NCBI GenBank assembly: GCA_963845755.1 | Contig: CAWJTV010000015.1 | Span: 110,587-174,586 of the forward strand | DNA: 64,000 nucleotides | DNA from: an uncultured Planctomycetota bacterium | GTDB lineage: Bacteria; Planctomycetota; Planctomycetia; Isosphaerales; Isosphaeraceae | Reading direction: 5' to 3' | Part shown: piece by piece, positions 42,985-53,268 of the stretch | How positions within the stretch are numbered: the stretch's first letter is position 1 | Layout: every line of letters begins with the position of its first letter | The notes under the pieces: generated by a model | What the model saw: the letters and a program-made list of their open reading frames with translations, nothing else | What the model was told of the DNA's origin: nothing | The model's database searches: none | Made by a program: the position numbers and the translations under genes

Positions 42985-43869
42985 CGTCGCAATCGCTCGG
43001 AGAGGCCGCGAACGGCGGCGTCGCTGGGTGCCAGACGGACGGCCTGCTCGACGGCGCGGAGGGCATCCGTCCGTTTGTTGTCGGCCTCGAGGGCCAGGGC
43101 CAGGTGGACGAAGACCTCGGCGCGACCGGGTGCGCGCTCGGCGGCCGAACGGAAATCGGCGATCGCCTCCGGGAGATGGCGAAGTCTCCAGTGGGCGAGG
43201 CCGCGGAGGTCGCGGGCTTCTCCATTGTTGGGGGAGAGTTCGACGGCCTGGTCCAGTCGGCTGAGTGCCTGGTCGGGCTGGTTGGCGGCGAGCTGGATGG
43301 CCGCGATCCGGAGGATCACCTCGCCGTTGTTCGCCTCGAATTCCAGGGCGCGGAAATAGGCCGCGAGTGCCTCGTCGGTCTGGCCCATGGCTTCGAGCAT
43401 GCGGCCCATCGCGAGGTGCGCCTTGGGGCGATGCGGGTCGATCTCGATGGCCGACTCGAATCGCTTCAGTGCCGATACCCCCTCGCCCCGCCGGGCCTCG
43501 AGATCCCCCAGGCCGATCAGGGCCTCGACATAGTCCCGGTCGTGGCCCAGCGCCTGCGCGGTAACACGACTCGGCTTCCGGGTACCGGCCCTCGTGCTGC
43601 AAGACGGTACCGAGGCGCTGGAGGGCCTCGGGGGAATCCGGCTCCTCGCTGACGAGGTGCTCCAGATCGACCCGGGCCGACTCATACTCCCCGCGGTCCA
43701 GGGCCGCCTGCGCACGCTCGCTGATCTGCTGGATTCGCTCGAGTTGCCGGGGATTGGCGGGAATGCGGTCTTCGCGACCGCGCACACCCAGCCAGGCGCA
43801 ACCCGAGGACGACGCGAGCGACAGCCCGATCAACAGCCTGTACGCGGCGATGACCGTCCGTCGCCTCAT
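42981..43869 (-). CDS. TPR lipoprotein, one frame break
   Basis: The N-terminus MRRRTVIAAYRLLIGLSLASSSGC (lipobox) is in ORF 42604..43869. The body (ALGHDRDYVEALIGLGDLEARRG.., several TPRs) is in ORF 42981..43787. The join is near 43558. It overlaps the sulfatase stop by 4 nt (convergent). Confidence 0.82.
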
Positions 43870-44049
43870 GAATTGGACCTTGTCCCTTCCTGGGACCCCG
43901 CTCGTCCGTGAAACCGATAGTCCGGCGAACCTTACGACACCAGTCGGTCCTGGTCAAGGCCGGTCATCCGGCCCTCACGAGAATTCCCGGAGTTCCCCTG
44001 TCGCCCCGGAACGAGGAACGTCTCCCCCGCCCGTGTTTGCATGCCGAGT

Positions 44050-45471
44050 TTACAGGTCGCCGACGGCACGGCGCAGACGGAGCATGGCGAGGTTCTCGTC
44101 GTAGATGGCGTTGTAGAGGTTGTTTAACGATTGGACGCGACGCGTTTCGGCGTCGAGGACCTCGGTGTAGGTACTCAAATGTTGCCGGTAACGGTCGGTA
44201 ATCACGTGGGTGTTCTCCTCGGCCTGAATGATGGCCAGCCGGGCCACCGGCACCTTGCGGCGCGACTGCTGGAGGTCGAGCCATCGAGTGCGAACTTGCA
44301 GCGCAACGTCGTCGGCGGCATCGTCCCGGCGCCTCAACGCGGCGCGTTCCTGCTGCTGAATGGCCGCGGCCCGGCGCCGGGTGGCTCCACAGTCGGTGAT
44401 CGTCCAGTCCGCATAGAACGTCGCCGCCCCGATCCCCTGAGGAGCCAGGTTGTTGCTCCCCAGGTAGACGAATCCCATCGCGAAGCCGACCTGCGGCTTG
44501 ATGCCCGCGAGGGTCGCCTGAGATTGGCGCGCCCAGTCCGCGAGCCTGTGCGGCCAAGCCGGCCAGTTCGGGACGAGCGCGCGTAGCGCCTGCGCCGTCA
44601 ACTCCAGGACTTCACCTTCGCTGTCCGCCGTCTCCGCCTCGCCATCCTTGATCGCCTGCTCAGCCATCGCTCTCCAGTCCGTGGTCTTCGGGAGGACGGT
44701 CAATTCCTCGAGCGGCACGACCTCGGTGAGGGGGCGGCAGAGGTATCGGTTATACGTCGCCCACGCCGACTTGAGCGCGGTCCGTGATTGGATCTCGGCA
44801 AGCCGGGCATTGGCCAGCGAGACCTGCGCGGCGAGGTCGTCGCTGCGAATCGCCAGCCCTTGCTCGAGACGGTTGCTCACATCCTTGGCAAATGAGGTCA
44901 ACTGCTCGACGTTGCTCCGCGCGACTTCCAGGTTCTTGCGCGCTCGCAGGACCCCGACGTACGCCTCGCCCACGGTGAGCTTCAAGTCGAGGGCCGTGCG
45001 AAACTCCTCGGTTCGCTGGGCGCCAAGCTGGGCCCCCGCGGCCTCGATGCTCCTCAGGAGTCGTCCCCCTGTATAAATTGGGAGGTTTGCAAAGGTGAGC
45101 GAGACCGGAATATCCCTCTGTCCGGGGCCGAGAATCTGGAACGCCGACGGCAATCCACCGAGCATACCGGACGCGCCCGTTCCCGCTCGAGATCCTCCGC
45201 CGGAAGACCCGAAGAACGAGCTCGTGTTGACGGTCGGTGCAGCCGTCAGGAAGGCGTTGAATGTGAAGCTACGGATCGACGGCAATCGATCGGATCGGGC
45301 GGCCCTGAGATTCAATCCCGCCGCCATCGATTCCGACTGCTGCGCCTGCACCTGTGCGTTGACTCTCAGTGCGAGATCCCATGCCTGCTGTAAGTCCTCG
45401 CTCAGGGCCGCTTCAGGTGACCTTCCGACGAGCAGACCGAGCACGATGACGATCGCTGAAATCCGTCTCAT
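44050..45471 (-). CDS. TolC-family outer-membrane efflux protein, one compensated frame-break pair
   Basis: ORF 44050..45504; the likely start is ATG 45471 (MRRISAIVIVLGLLVG). It has the two-repeat OEP pattern (LEVARSNVEQL.., LSTYTEVLDAETRRVQSLNNLYNAIYD). 44527-44582 reads RPELAGLAAQARGLGA in another frame, which fits the family better. Confidence 0.85.
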   Translation of the reverse strand: MRRISAIVIVLGLLVGRSPEAALSEDLQQAWDLALRVNAQVQAQQSESMAAGLNLRAARSDRLPSIRSFTFNAFLTAAPTVNTSSFFGSSGGGSRAGTGASGMLGGLPSAFQILGPGQRDIPVSLTFANLPIYTGGRLLRSIEAAGAQLGAQRTEEFRTALDLKLTVGEAYVGVLRARKNLEVARSNVEQLTSFAKDVSNRLEQGLAIRSDDLAAQVSLANARLAEIQSRTALKSAWATYNRYLCRPLTEVVPLEELTVLPKTTDWRAMAEQAIKDGEAETADSEGEVLELTAQALRALVPNWPAWPHRLADWARQSQATLAGIKPQVGFAMGFVYLGSNNLAPQGIGAATFYADWTITDCGATRRRAAAIQQQERAALRRRDDAADDVALQVRTRWLDLQQSRRKVPVARLAIIQAEENTHVITDRYRQHLSTYTEVLDAETRRVQSLNNLYNAIYDENLAMLRLRRAVGDL

Positions 45472-46006
45472 CGCGTGTCCGACTCCTCTCTCCGGAGCCG
45501 CCATGGAGCGGCCCGGACCACCGAACCCTGAGATTCTATTCGACCCCTTCCACCGCCACTATTGATCCTGAACATGGTTCTGGTGGGACCATTTCTGTTC
45601 GATCGACCGGTCGCGCCGGATGGGCAAAAGCGATAAGCTGCTACTCCCCTTCGCACGACATCCTGTTATTTTGATCGACCTCCCTTGCGAAACTCCGTTC
45701 TCGTTGGGGTTTCACACACCTCGCGTGACCACTTCCTACTCCGGGTTTCTCATTTGATTCGTCTGAGGTGGATCCAGGGAACTGCGTCGACCTTGACGAT
45801 TTCCCGGATTATGCCTGTTTTATGGATAATTCCATGAAGTTCGGGAAGGCCATCGCCGATGGAACTTCGGAAGAGGGTTTCGGTCGAGGTTGAAGGCGAG
45901 TGCTTTTTCATTCACGTCGAGCAGAATCGCCCGGCGCCGCATCGCACACGGACGTTTGTCGAGCGAGCGAGCGGGTAAGGTACGCGGTGGGGGTGTCTTG
46001 GGGCTC

Positions 46007-49000
46007 ATGCGCAAGGGATGGCGCGAGGTCCTGGGTTTATGGGGGATGTTCCTGATCGGGACAGCCCTTGCCGCTGCGCCTCAAGAGGGAAAGCGAGAAA
46101 CTCGGGGAACTGGTGTCGAATCGGTACGCTTGACGGTTGAGTTAAGTTGGGGCCTATCCGCAGGAGGGGTCGGCGCGGCTGGAATCCAGCCTGAGGAAGC
46201 CGTGCCGGAGGTCGTCCTGGCGTTGACGGAGGGACGGGTCCTTGAGGTGATCGGGTGGCCTTCGGGGGAACCTGTCGGGGGATCGGATGTTTCCTCGATG
46301 GGTCCCGGCGCGGAGGGAAGGTGGCGGCTCGGGAGAGCGCGTGACGGGCGAGTGCGCGCCCGGCTCGAGCTGCCGCTGGAGGCGAGTCTCACGGTGCGTT
46401 GCGGGGACCAGGTCGTGAAGGTTCCCCTCGTGGCGATCCTGGAGCGGGCCTACCGGACACCGGCGACCGCACCGTTGACGGTGTCGGTGGAGCGGCTCGC
46501 CTGGGACGCGATGGCCGTTCGACCTGAGTTCCTCGGCGGGATCAGGGATCGTCGCCCCGGGGGCGGAAATCCCGGTCTCGGTGGCCTTCAATATCCTCTG
46601 GCCCGAATCGGTGGATGTCTCCGTCCGGTTCTCGGCCGTCCTCCGCGCCGTGGAGGGGGGAGAAGTGCTGTCGCGAGACGATCAGCAAGCGACGCTGCCG
46701 ACGAACCGATCACAGCCGGCGTCGCGATTATTGAGACTCCGGCGCCCCGGAGTGAGGGAACCTATGTGGCGGAGGTCCATGCAACCTGGGAGCCGACGGT
46801 CCGGGACGGCTCGCGACTGGGCTGGATCATGCGTCGTCGCAAGTCGGCGGCGGTGTTCGACCGCATCGTCCCGCCGTGTGGTCCTGACGGTCCTGGAGCC
46901 CACCGTCAAACCGTCGGTGATCGTGGGGAAGCCGCCCACGCGGGACGGGCGCAAGGGTGAGTCCGAGGTCGACTCGGTGGACCTGACGCGGTCGCGAAGT
47001 CTCCGGCCACTGGCCTCGGGCCGATCGGCCCTGGCCGAGCCCGGCCGCTCGTCGTGGGGTGTGCCGGCCGCGGCGCTGATCGAGCCATCGGCGCGCGGCC
47101 GATGGCGCGGCTGGTTCCTTCGGACCGGTGCCGAGGCGGCCAAACTGGACCCCGCCGATGGGTCGGGCCTGGCCTGGTCGGCCGTCGGGCTCAAGGTCGC
47201 ACATCCCAATCGGCCCCACCGTCTGACCCTCAAGGTTAAGGAGGGTGAACCCGCGGCGCTGGGCGTGGCCCTGATCGAACCCGGTGACGAACGCCGCGAC
47301 CGTCAACCCCGCGTCCTGCTCGACGCGTGTGCCGCCGGTCCTCCGATCCTCGAGGATGGGCCGCCGCTGGTCTTCTCCTGGCTGGTGTGGCCCGGCTCGA
47401 CCGAGTCCGTTTTGGTCCTGGTCAATCGCGACACCGAGTCGGCCGTCCGTCTGGGTACGGTCACGCTCACCGAGCTCGATGACGTCCCGCCGCCGCCAGC
47501 CGTCCGCGAGCCGGAGAAACCGCCCGCGCGGACATTGGGTCTCTATCTCACGGGGACGCAAGCCCTGGACCCGTTCCGTGACGACGCCGGGGCGGGTGGT
47601 GCGCTCGCCTCCGCGCGGAACCTGGCGAAGTACCTGGGCTATTGTGGTGCGACAGCCGTGGTCGTCCCCGACGACCTGTCCGACCGGCGCGGCGGCGGGC
47701 GCTCGACGGCCAGGCCGACGAGGATTCGACCGGTCCCGATCTCCTGGACGTCCTTCGCCGCGTGCTCGAGCGCCAAGGATGCTCTCTCTGGCTCGAGGTG
47801 TCTTTCGACCGTCCGAACGCCTTGCCGGGGCTGCCGCCGCCGGATTCGGAGGATGCGGTCCGTCGCGGCCTCGTGCGTCTCAACGGTCAGGGGCACGCCG
47901 ATGGACCGGCCTATCATCCCCTTCACCCCGAGGTCCGCGAGGCCATGAAGCGCCGGATCGTCGCGGCACTCACGCGGAGCCGGACGGCCCCCATCGCCGG
48001 CACGCTGGCCGGCCCCACGACGTCGGGATTGGTCATCCGTCTCGGTCCCGGCCCCACGCTGCTGGGGACACCCGACACGGGTATCGACGATATCACCTAT
48101 GAGCGGTTCATCCGCGAGACCTTCGCCGCCGATACGGCGCAGGGCATACCCGGATCGGGGATCCACGACCCTGAACGGTTCGCCGTTCGCTTGCAGTATC
48201 TCGCCGGTGCCGGCCGGATGCCCTGGTTGACCTGGCGCTCGCGGGCCATGGCGGCTCTGTACGCGGAACTCGCCGCGGCCGTTCAGGAGGCGGCGCCGGG
48301 GACCGTGCTCGCCATCGTGACGCCTGACCTGGATGGCGGCCCGGCCGGCAGCGAGGCCCGGCGCGTTGACCTGGCTGGACTGGCTCCCAGCGAGGCCTGG
48401 CGGAGCGTGGGACTCGACCTGCAAGGATGGCCCGCCGACCTGATGGGTCCGGTGCTGCTCCGCGGTGTCTCCCTGTCAACCGACGCCCTGGCCCACGACC
48501 TGGCGACCAGCCCTGACCTTGACGCCATCGTGGCGGGCCGGACTCGTCGCGGGGTGCTGCTCACCATCGACGAAGGAGTCCCGCAGCGGCGACCAATCGC
48601 CTCCTCGCAGCGGCCGATCCCCGATGTTTCCGCGGCCCCGGCCGCCGACCGTGGCCCGGTGCCGGGCGGGGCGACGCTCTGGTTATCGGCCCTGCCGCTC
48701 GGTGACGGCCCCGAAGCCGACGAGCCGCTGGGTCACGCCCTGGCTGCTCTCGATGCGCAGTGGGCGTTCCTCGCGGCCACGGCGGTCGCGGGCCACGAGG
48801 AACGGCTCAGGCAGTTCTCCAGGGTCTTCCGAGCCCTTCCCGCCTGGCCCCTCGGCGCTCCAGGGCCTTCGGCCGACCCCCACTCCCTGCCCTTCGGCGT
48901 CGCCATCCGCACGAGCGGCGATCCCGCGCAGACATACCTCGAGCTCGCCAACGACTCGCCCTACCCGATCCGGTTAGCCTGCCGCCTCGAGGCGCCGACC

Positions 49001-50049
49001 CTCGGCGCCGGTGGACGACCTCGGACGCGGTCTTCGTCTGGCACCGGCATCCGAGGCCGGCGGCCGCAACCTGGTCCTGGACTTTCTCCCCTTCGGTGTC
49101 TCCGCGATCCGGGTTGGAGCGCCCGGCGTTGAGGTCACGTCGGTGACGCCTTATCCTTCCGAGGCCGTATTGACCAGCATGCAGGCGCGATCCCGTGAGC
49201 TGTCCGCTCTCCTGGTGCGGCTCAATCGGGGGCTGGCCGGTGGCGAGGGAGAGCCCCCGAATCCGGGCTTCGAACCTGATTCGGGGCCGTCCCCCCGGCA
49301 CGAGCCCAGCACGGATCCCACCAATCCGATGCCGCCCCTCCCCGCGGACATGGACCCGGCTCTCGAGATCACGGGGGCTGGCGCGATCCCGGCCGCGCCT
49401 CCCCTCGGTTGGCAGATTGAGGGTAACAAGCCTGGCCCGGAAGCTAGCGCGGCCGGAGTGACGATCGATCGCAAGAACCCCCACTCGGGCCAGGGGAGCC
49501 TGCGACTGGCCTCACCGACCGGTCCCGCCTCGGTCCTGAGCGGGTCGTTCGTGCCGAATTCCCTATCCAGCCTGACGATCCAGGCATTCTTCCGATCCGC
49601 GCCGGCCGACGCGGTGATCCGCGTCTGGATCGAGGGGGAATCGGGGGGACAGCCGTATATCCGGCGGCTCCGAGTTGGACGTGACGACGAACTGGGAAGG
49701 GCGGGCGGTCCGTGCCTCGGACCTGCCGCCGGGAGGGCTCGACTCGGCCCGGCTGCGATTCGAGCTGATGACGCCGGGCGTCCTCTGGATCGACGACCTG
49801 CACATCCTGGGCGATTCCACGTCGAAATCGGCCCGGCTCAACGCACGGCGCGCCCTGCTGGCGGCCTTGCAGGCGCACCGGGAGCAGCGGTACGCAGACT
49901 TTGCGCGCCTGGCCGCATCGCACTGGGTCCGGCAGTCGGGGATCTCGGCCTACGGCCGGCTGGCCCGGGGTCCCGACGCCCCGTCGCGAACCGATCGTAC
50001 GCCGGCTGCCGCGGCTTCTGCCCTATCCTCGGACCGAAAGCTCAGGTAA
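46007..50049 (+). CDS. Very large secreted protein (~1345 codons); central glycoside-hydrolase-like TIM-barrel region and C-terminal CBM4/9-like jelly roll are tentative; at least 6 frame breaks
   Basis: ATG 46007 gives MRKGWREVLGLWGMFLIGTALAAA (signal). It is assembled from ORFs 45890..46960, 46581..47948, 47642..49132, 49011..50063 and 49675..50049. Joins are near 46525, 46712, 46865, 47695, 49005 and 49672. The domain guesses rest on YHPLHPEVREAMKRRIV and GWQIEGN..HSGQGSLRL..VLWIDDLHILG. Confidence 0.7.
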
Positions 50050-50114
50050 GATCACACTCCTGACCGTCTTCGCGCCAGTGGAGGATTGGTCCGACTGGAA
50101 CAAGGAGGAATCGG

Positions 50115-50885
50115 GTGTTCGTCTCCTGTAGCACACTCTGCTTCGCGCGGGAGCCGCTGGAGGCGGCCCTCCGCCAGATCGCCGAGCTGGAGTTCGACAA
50201 GTTCGAGCTGGCCCTCGTCGAGGACGGGATTCATTTGCGGCCATCCGAGGTCGGCGATAATCCCGAGTCGGCGCTGCAACGCCTGCGCAGCGGGCCTAGC
50301 CTGATCCCCTCGGCGATCCACATCGACTTCGGCCCGGTCAACTGGTCGGATCCCTTGATCCGCCGCCGGTTTGACGGCCTCTGCCGACTGGCCAAGTCGC
50401 TCAGCGTCGCCGTATTGACCATGCATGCCGCCCCGGCCGGCACTCCGCTGGACGACGAGATCCAGCGGCTCACCCAGCTCCTGAGCATCGCCATGCGCGA
50501 AGGGCTGGTCCTGGCCATGCTCACCCATTCCGAGACCGTGACCGGCGATCCCCGGGTTGCCGTCGAATTGTGCGAGGCCGTGCCCGGCCTGAGACTGACG
50601 CTCGACCCGAGCCACTTCCTGCAGGGGTCGCAACCCTACCCCGACTTCGACGACGTCTTCCCCTACGTCCAGAACGTCCACCTCCGCGACACGGGCCAGG
50701 CGCCCGGCGAGTTCCAGGTCCGCGTCGGCCAGGGACAGGTCGATTACGCCCGTATCATCACCATGCTCCAGCGCTACAACTACAACCGCTCGCTCACCGT
50801 CGCCATCATCGACCGGCTCGAAAACCCCTTCGATCGCGAAGTCGAGGTCCGCAAGCTCAAGCTGCTGCTCGAGACCTTGATCTAG
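50115..50885 (+). CDS. Sugar phosphate isomerase/epimerase (xylose-isomerase-like TIM barrel)
   Basis: ORF 50115..50885, GTG start with AAGGAGGA 5 nt upstream. It has the typical layout (..ELEFDKFEL.., LTLDPSHF, VHLRD), is intact, and is 256 aa. Confidence 0.8.
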   Translation: MFVSCSTLCFAREPLEAALRQIAELEFDKFELALVEDGIHLRPSEVGDNPESALQRLRSGPSLIPSAIHIDFGPVNWSDPLIRRRFDGLCRLAKSLSVAVLTMHAAPAGTPLDDEIQRLTQLLSIAMREGLVLAMLTHSETVTGDPRVAVELCEAVPGLRLTLDPSHFLQGSQPYPDFDDVFPYVQNVHLRDTGQAPGEFQVRVGQGQVDYARIITMLQRYNYNRSLTVAIIDRLENPFDREVEVRKLKLLLETLI

Positions 50886-50920
50886 CGGATGGAGTGGACG
50901 ATGATTGACGGGGAAGCTCC

Positions 50921-51118
50921 ATGGGCAAGAAGCGTGACATCCGCCAGATTGAGTCGATCGCTGGAGAGTTTCGGATGGCCCCTGAAGAGCGGCGCGACTT
51001 CGGTAGATATATCGAAGAATGCAAGGCGGTTGGAGAAAAAGGATCCGGGAAGTATGGAGACTTCACTTATGAAGAGCTACGTGATAAGGCGCGAGAGTTT
51101 CGAGGGGAAGAGAGATGA
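50921..51118 (+). CDS. Small charged protein (65 aa), unknown function
   Basis: ORF 50921..51118: MGKKRDIRQIESIAGEFRMAPEERRDFGRYIEECKAVGEKGSGKYGDFTYEELRDKAREFRGEER. G+C is ~52% by hand count (103/198), against ~70% in a 60-nt sample of the preceding gene. Its stop overlaps the next start (ATGA). Confidence 0.6.
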   Translation: MGKKRDIRQIESIAGEFRMAPEERRDFGRYIEECKAVGEKGSGKYGDFTYEELRDKAREFRGEER

Positions 51119-51723
51119 GCACCACGCTGATCGATCTGAGTCGGGAACACGCGCAGTCCTCTGATGACCTCCCGGGTCTGCATGCCCACCTCGCTCAATT
51201 GATCGGCGAGCCATTTCGTTTTGTTCAGTACTCGTATGGGGACGAGTTGACCCTGCACTTCGGGGACCTGGAGCCAGCGCGGCACCCGAAACTCAAAGGT
51301 AGACTGTACGGGGCGTTTATGCTGGGTCTACGCGCATCGCCCTGGAACTTGAAATCCGGATCCGAGCCTTGGGTCGTAAACGGGGGGATGTTGCTCGACG
51401 CTTCCAAGGCTGAGTTGGGGACGCCTCTAGACAAACGAGAATTGGAATCCCGGAAGATCATCGAACCCGGGAGTCTCGTCTTGGCGGCAGTCCCGTTTTT
51501 CGTCCAGCCGGTGGATGGATTTGGGCTTCAACTTCGATTTGCGGATGGGAGTCTTCTGTCGGTCGTCCCCGCGGTCCCTGTACCGGATGAACCCGAGGAC
51601 GAAGGTCTGCCCGACCTGGCTGACTGGGAGGTCTTCACTCCGCGAGGTCTTCTGAGTGCCGGGCCCGGCCGCAGGTGGTCATTCGAGCCGAAGGGCGTAG
51701 CTTCGACCGCTCAGAAGGCGTAG
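51115..51723 (+). CDS. Acidic 202-aa protein, unknown function (immunity-protein-like beta-rich repeats, speculative)
   Basis: ORF 51115..51723 is translationally coupled to the 65-aa gene. It has two similar segments (GEPFRFVQYSYGDELTLHFGDL; VDGFGLQLRFADGSLLSVVP). I recognise no family. Confidence 0.65.
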   Translation: MSTTLIDLSREHAQSSDDLPGLHAHLAQLIGEPFRFVQYSYGDELTLHFGDLEPARHPKLKGRLYGAFMLGLRASPWNLKSGSEPWVVNGGMLLDASKAELGTPLDKRELESRKIIEPGSLVLAAVPFFVQPVDGFGLQLRFADGSLLSVVPAVPVPDEPEDEGLPDLADWEVFTPRGLLSAGPGRRWSFEPKGVASTAQKA

Positions 51724-51770
51724 CATGTCCCGTCGTTTTGTAGGCTGGCGTCCCTCGAGGGGGAACCCAC

Positions 51771-52022
51771 ATGGCCGAAGTCAAGACGCTCGCCGAATGG
51801 ATGGCCGAACGCGGTAACGGCGTGTCCGAGCTGGTCGCGGCCTCGGGCTTGGATGCGCGGGTGGTCGAAGCGATCGTCGAGAATCGTTACACGCCCAGTC
51901 CCCAGCAGCGACAGCGACTCTCTGTCGCGCTGGGGATCGAGCCCGACCAGGTTGCCTGGGGGCACGTGGCGGCGGTCGAACACGTCTATGGCCACGGCCC
52001 GCAGTTTGGCCGGAGTCCTTGA
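51771..52022 (+). CDS. Small HTH (XRE/Cro-like) protein, tandem paralog 1
   Basis: ORF 51771..52022: ..TLAEWMAERGNGVSELVAASGLDARVVEAIVENRYTPSPQQRQRLSVALGIEPDQVAWGH..HVYGHGP. Confidence 0.7.
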   Translation: MAEVKTLAEWMAERGNGVSELVAASGLDARVVEAIVENRYTPSPQQRQRLSVALGIEPDQVAWGHVAAVEHVYGHGPQFGRSP

Positions 52023-52064
52023 GCGCGTCCGCTCACCAGCAGGGCGAACAGAGGGCGAACGATC

Positions 52065-52304
52065 ATGACCGAGAACGTCCAGACGATCGAGCAGCTTTGC
52101 GTCGAGCACGGGATCGACGCCCGGCAGTTGGCCGAACGCGCCGGCGTGGACGAGCAGCGGGTCCTGGCGATCGTAGAAGGTCGTTGGACGCCGAGCCCCC
52201 AGGAGCGCGACCGGATCGCCGCCGTCTTCGGGGTGACCCGCGACCAGGTTGCCTGGGGCCACAAGACGCCGATCCAGCACCTCTACGGCCAGGGACCGGC
52301 CTGA
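52065..52304 (+). CDS. Small HTH (XRE/Cro-like) protein, tandem paralog 2
   Basis: ORF 52065..52304: ..TIEQLCVEHGIDARQLAERAGVDEQRVLAIVEGRWTPSPQERDRIAAVFGVTRDQVAWGH..HLYGQGP. Roughly half the positions are identical to paralog 1 by eye. Confidence 0.7.
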   Translation: MTENVQTIEQLCVEHGIDARQLAERAGVDEQRVLAIVEGRWTPSPQERDRIAAVFGVTRDQVAWGHKTPIQHLYGQGPA

Positions 52305-52351
52305 ACGAGCCGGCAGGATCCGCGGTCGAATCTCCTCGGCGCTCCACCGCG

Positions 52352-53250
52352 TCACGGGAATCTGCCGGCATGACGGCGGACGCGCTCTCCGTGCTCGGCC
52401 AGCAAGGCGTATTCCGAAGCGGCCAGCGGTCGGCTCGATCGCAAAACCTCGAGGTCTTCATCCAGCTCGGCCCGATTCGACGGAGCGGCCAGCACCACGG
52501 CAACAGAATCAGATTGGAGCACGAAGCGGTACAGGTCGGGTGCCGTCGGGACGCGGAACCCGGGCGGGTCTTCGGGCGCCGGCTGGAGCAGGGCCCCCCA
52601 TCGCAGAGCCGTGTAGGCGATCACGGGCATCCCGATCGCGTCGGTGGTGGGGAAGACTTCGCGCTCGGCGCCGCGGTGAGCCGCGTTGTACCGGATCATC
52701 AGCGCATCGAGGAGTCCACTCCGCGCCATCTCGGCCGCCAGGGGCGCTGATGGCTCGTAACTCCGAGCGACCGGATGATCCCGTCCTGCTTCGCGGCCTG
52801 GCAATAAGCCAAGGCGCCTCCGGGAGCGGTCAGGGCCCGCCATTCCGCCGCCCGTTCCACGTAATAGAACGTCAAGACATCGATGTAGTCGGTCCCGAGT
52901 ACGGCCAGGATCGAGTGGAGCTCCTCCGCGGCGTCGGACGAAGTGCGGGCTCCGAACTGGACGGAGACGACGATCGACTCGCGCCACGAACCCAGCGCGG
53001 CAATGACCTCACTGAGCGCGTCCGCGCCACCTGGGGTATCGGCCTCGCCCGGCCAGTTCAGGAAGTTCAGGCCCCGCTCGATAGCGTGAAGCACGTCGTC
53101 CGGGGTGAGCCCGGTACGGTCACCTCGCGTGGCCAGCCCGAGCCGGCAGGCCGGTTTGCCGAACGCGACGGCCGGGCAGGTTAGGAAGGAGGGCGATCCG
53201 GCCGCGGGCCTCGCCGGATCGTCTGATGAAGAGGGACTCACGTTCGTCAT
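52352..53250 (-). CDS. Aldo/keto reductase, one frame break
   Basis: ORFs 52699..53250 and 52352..52987 join near 52742. Motifs are LGTDYIDVLTFYYV, SLGVTSHQR and MIRYNAAHRGAEREVFP. Confidence 0.82.
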
Positions 53251-53268
53251 GCGGTTACTCCTGGTCTC

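Noticed and set aside
44050-45471. The TolC-family gene as part of a complete efflux or type I secretion operon.
   Set aside because: No membrane-fusion protein or inner-membrane transporter gene lies next to it. Its neighbours are a TPR lipoprotein and a 500-nt divergent intergenic region, so no system-level claim is made.
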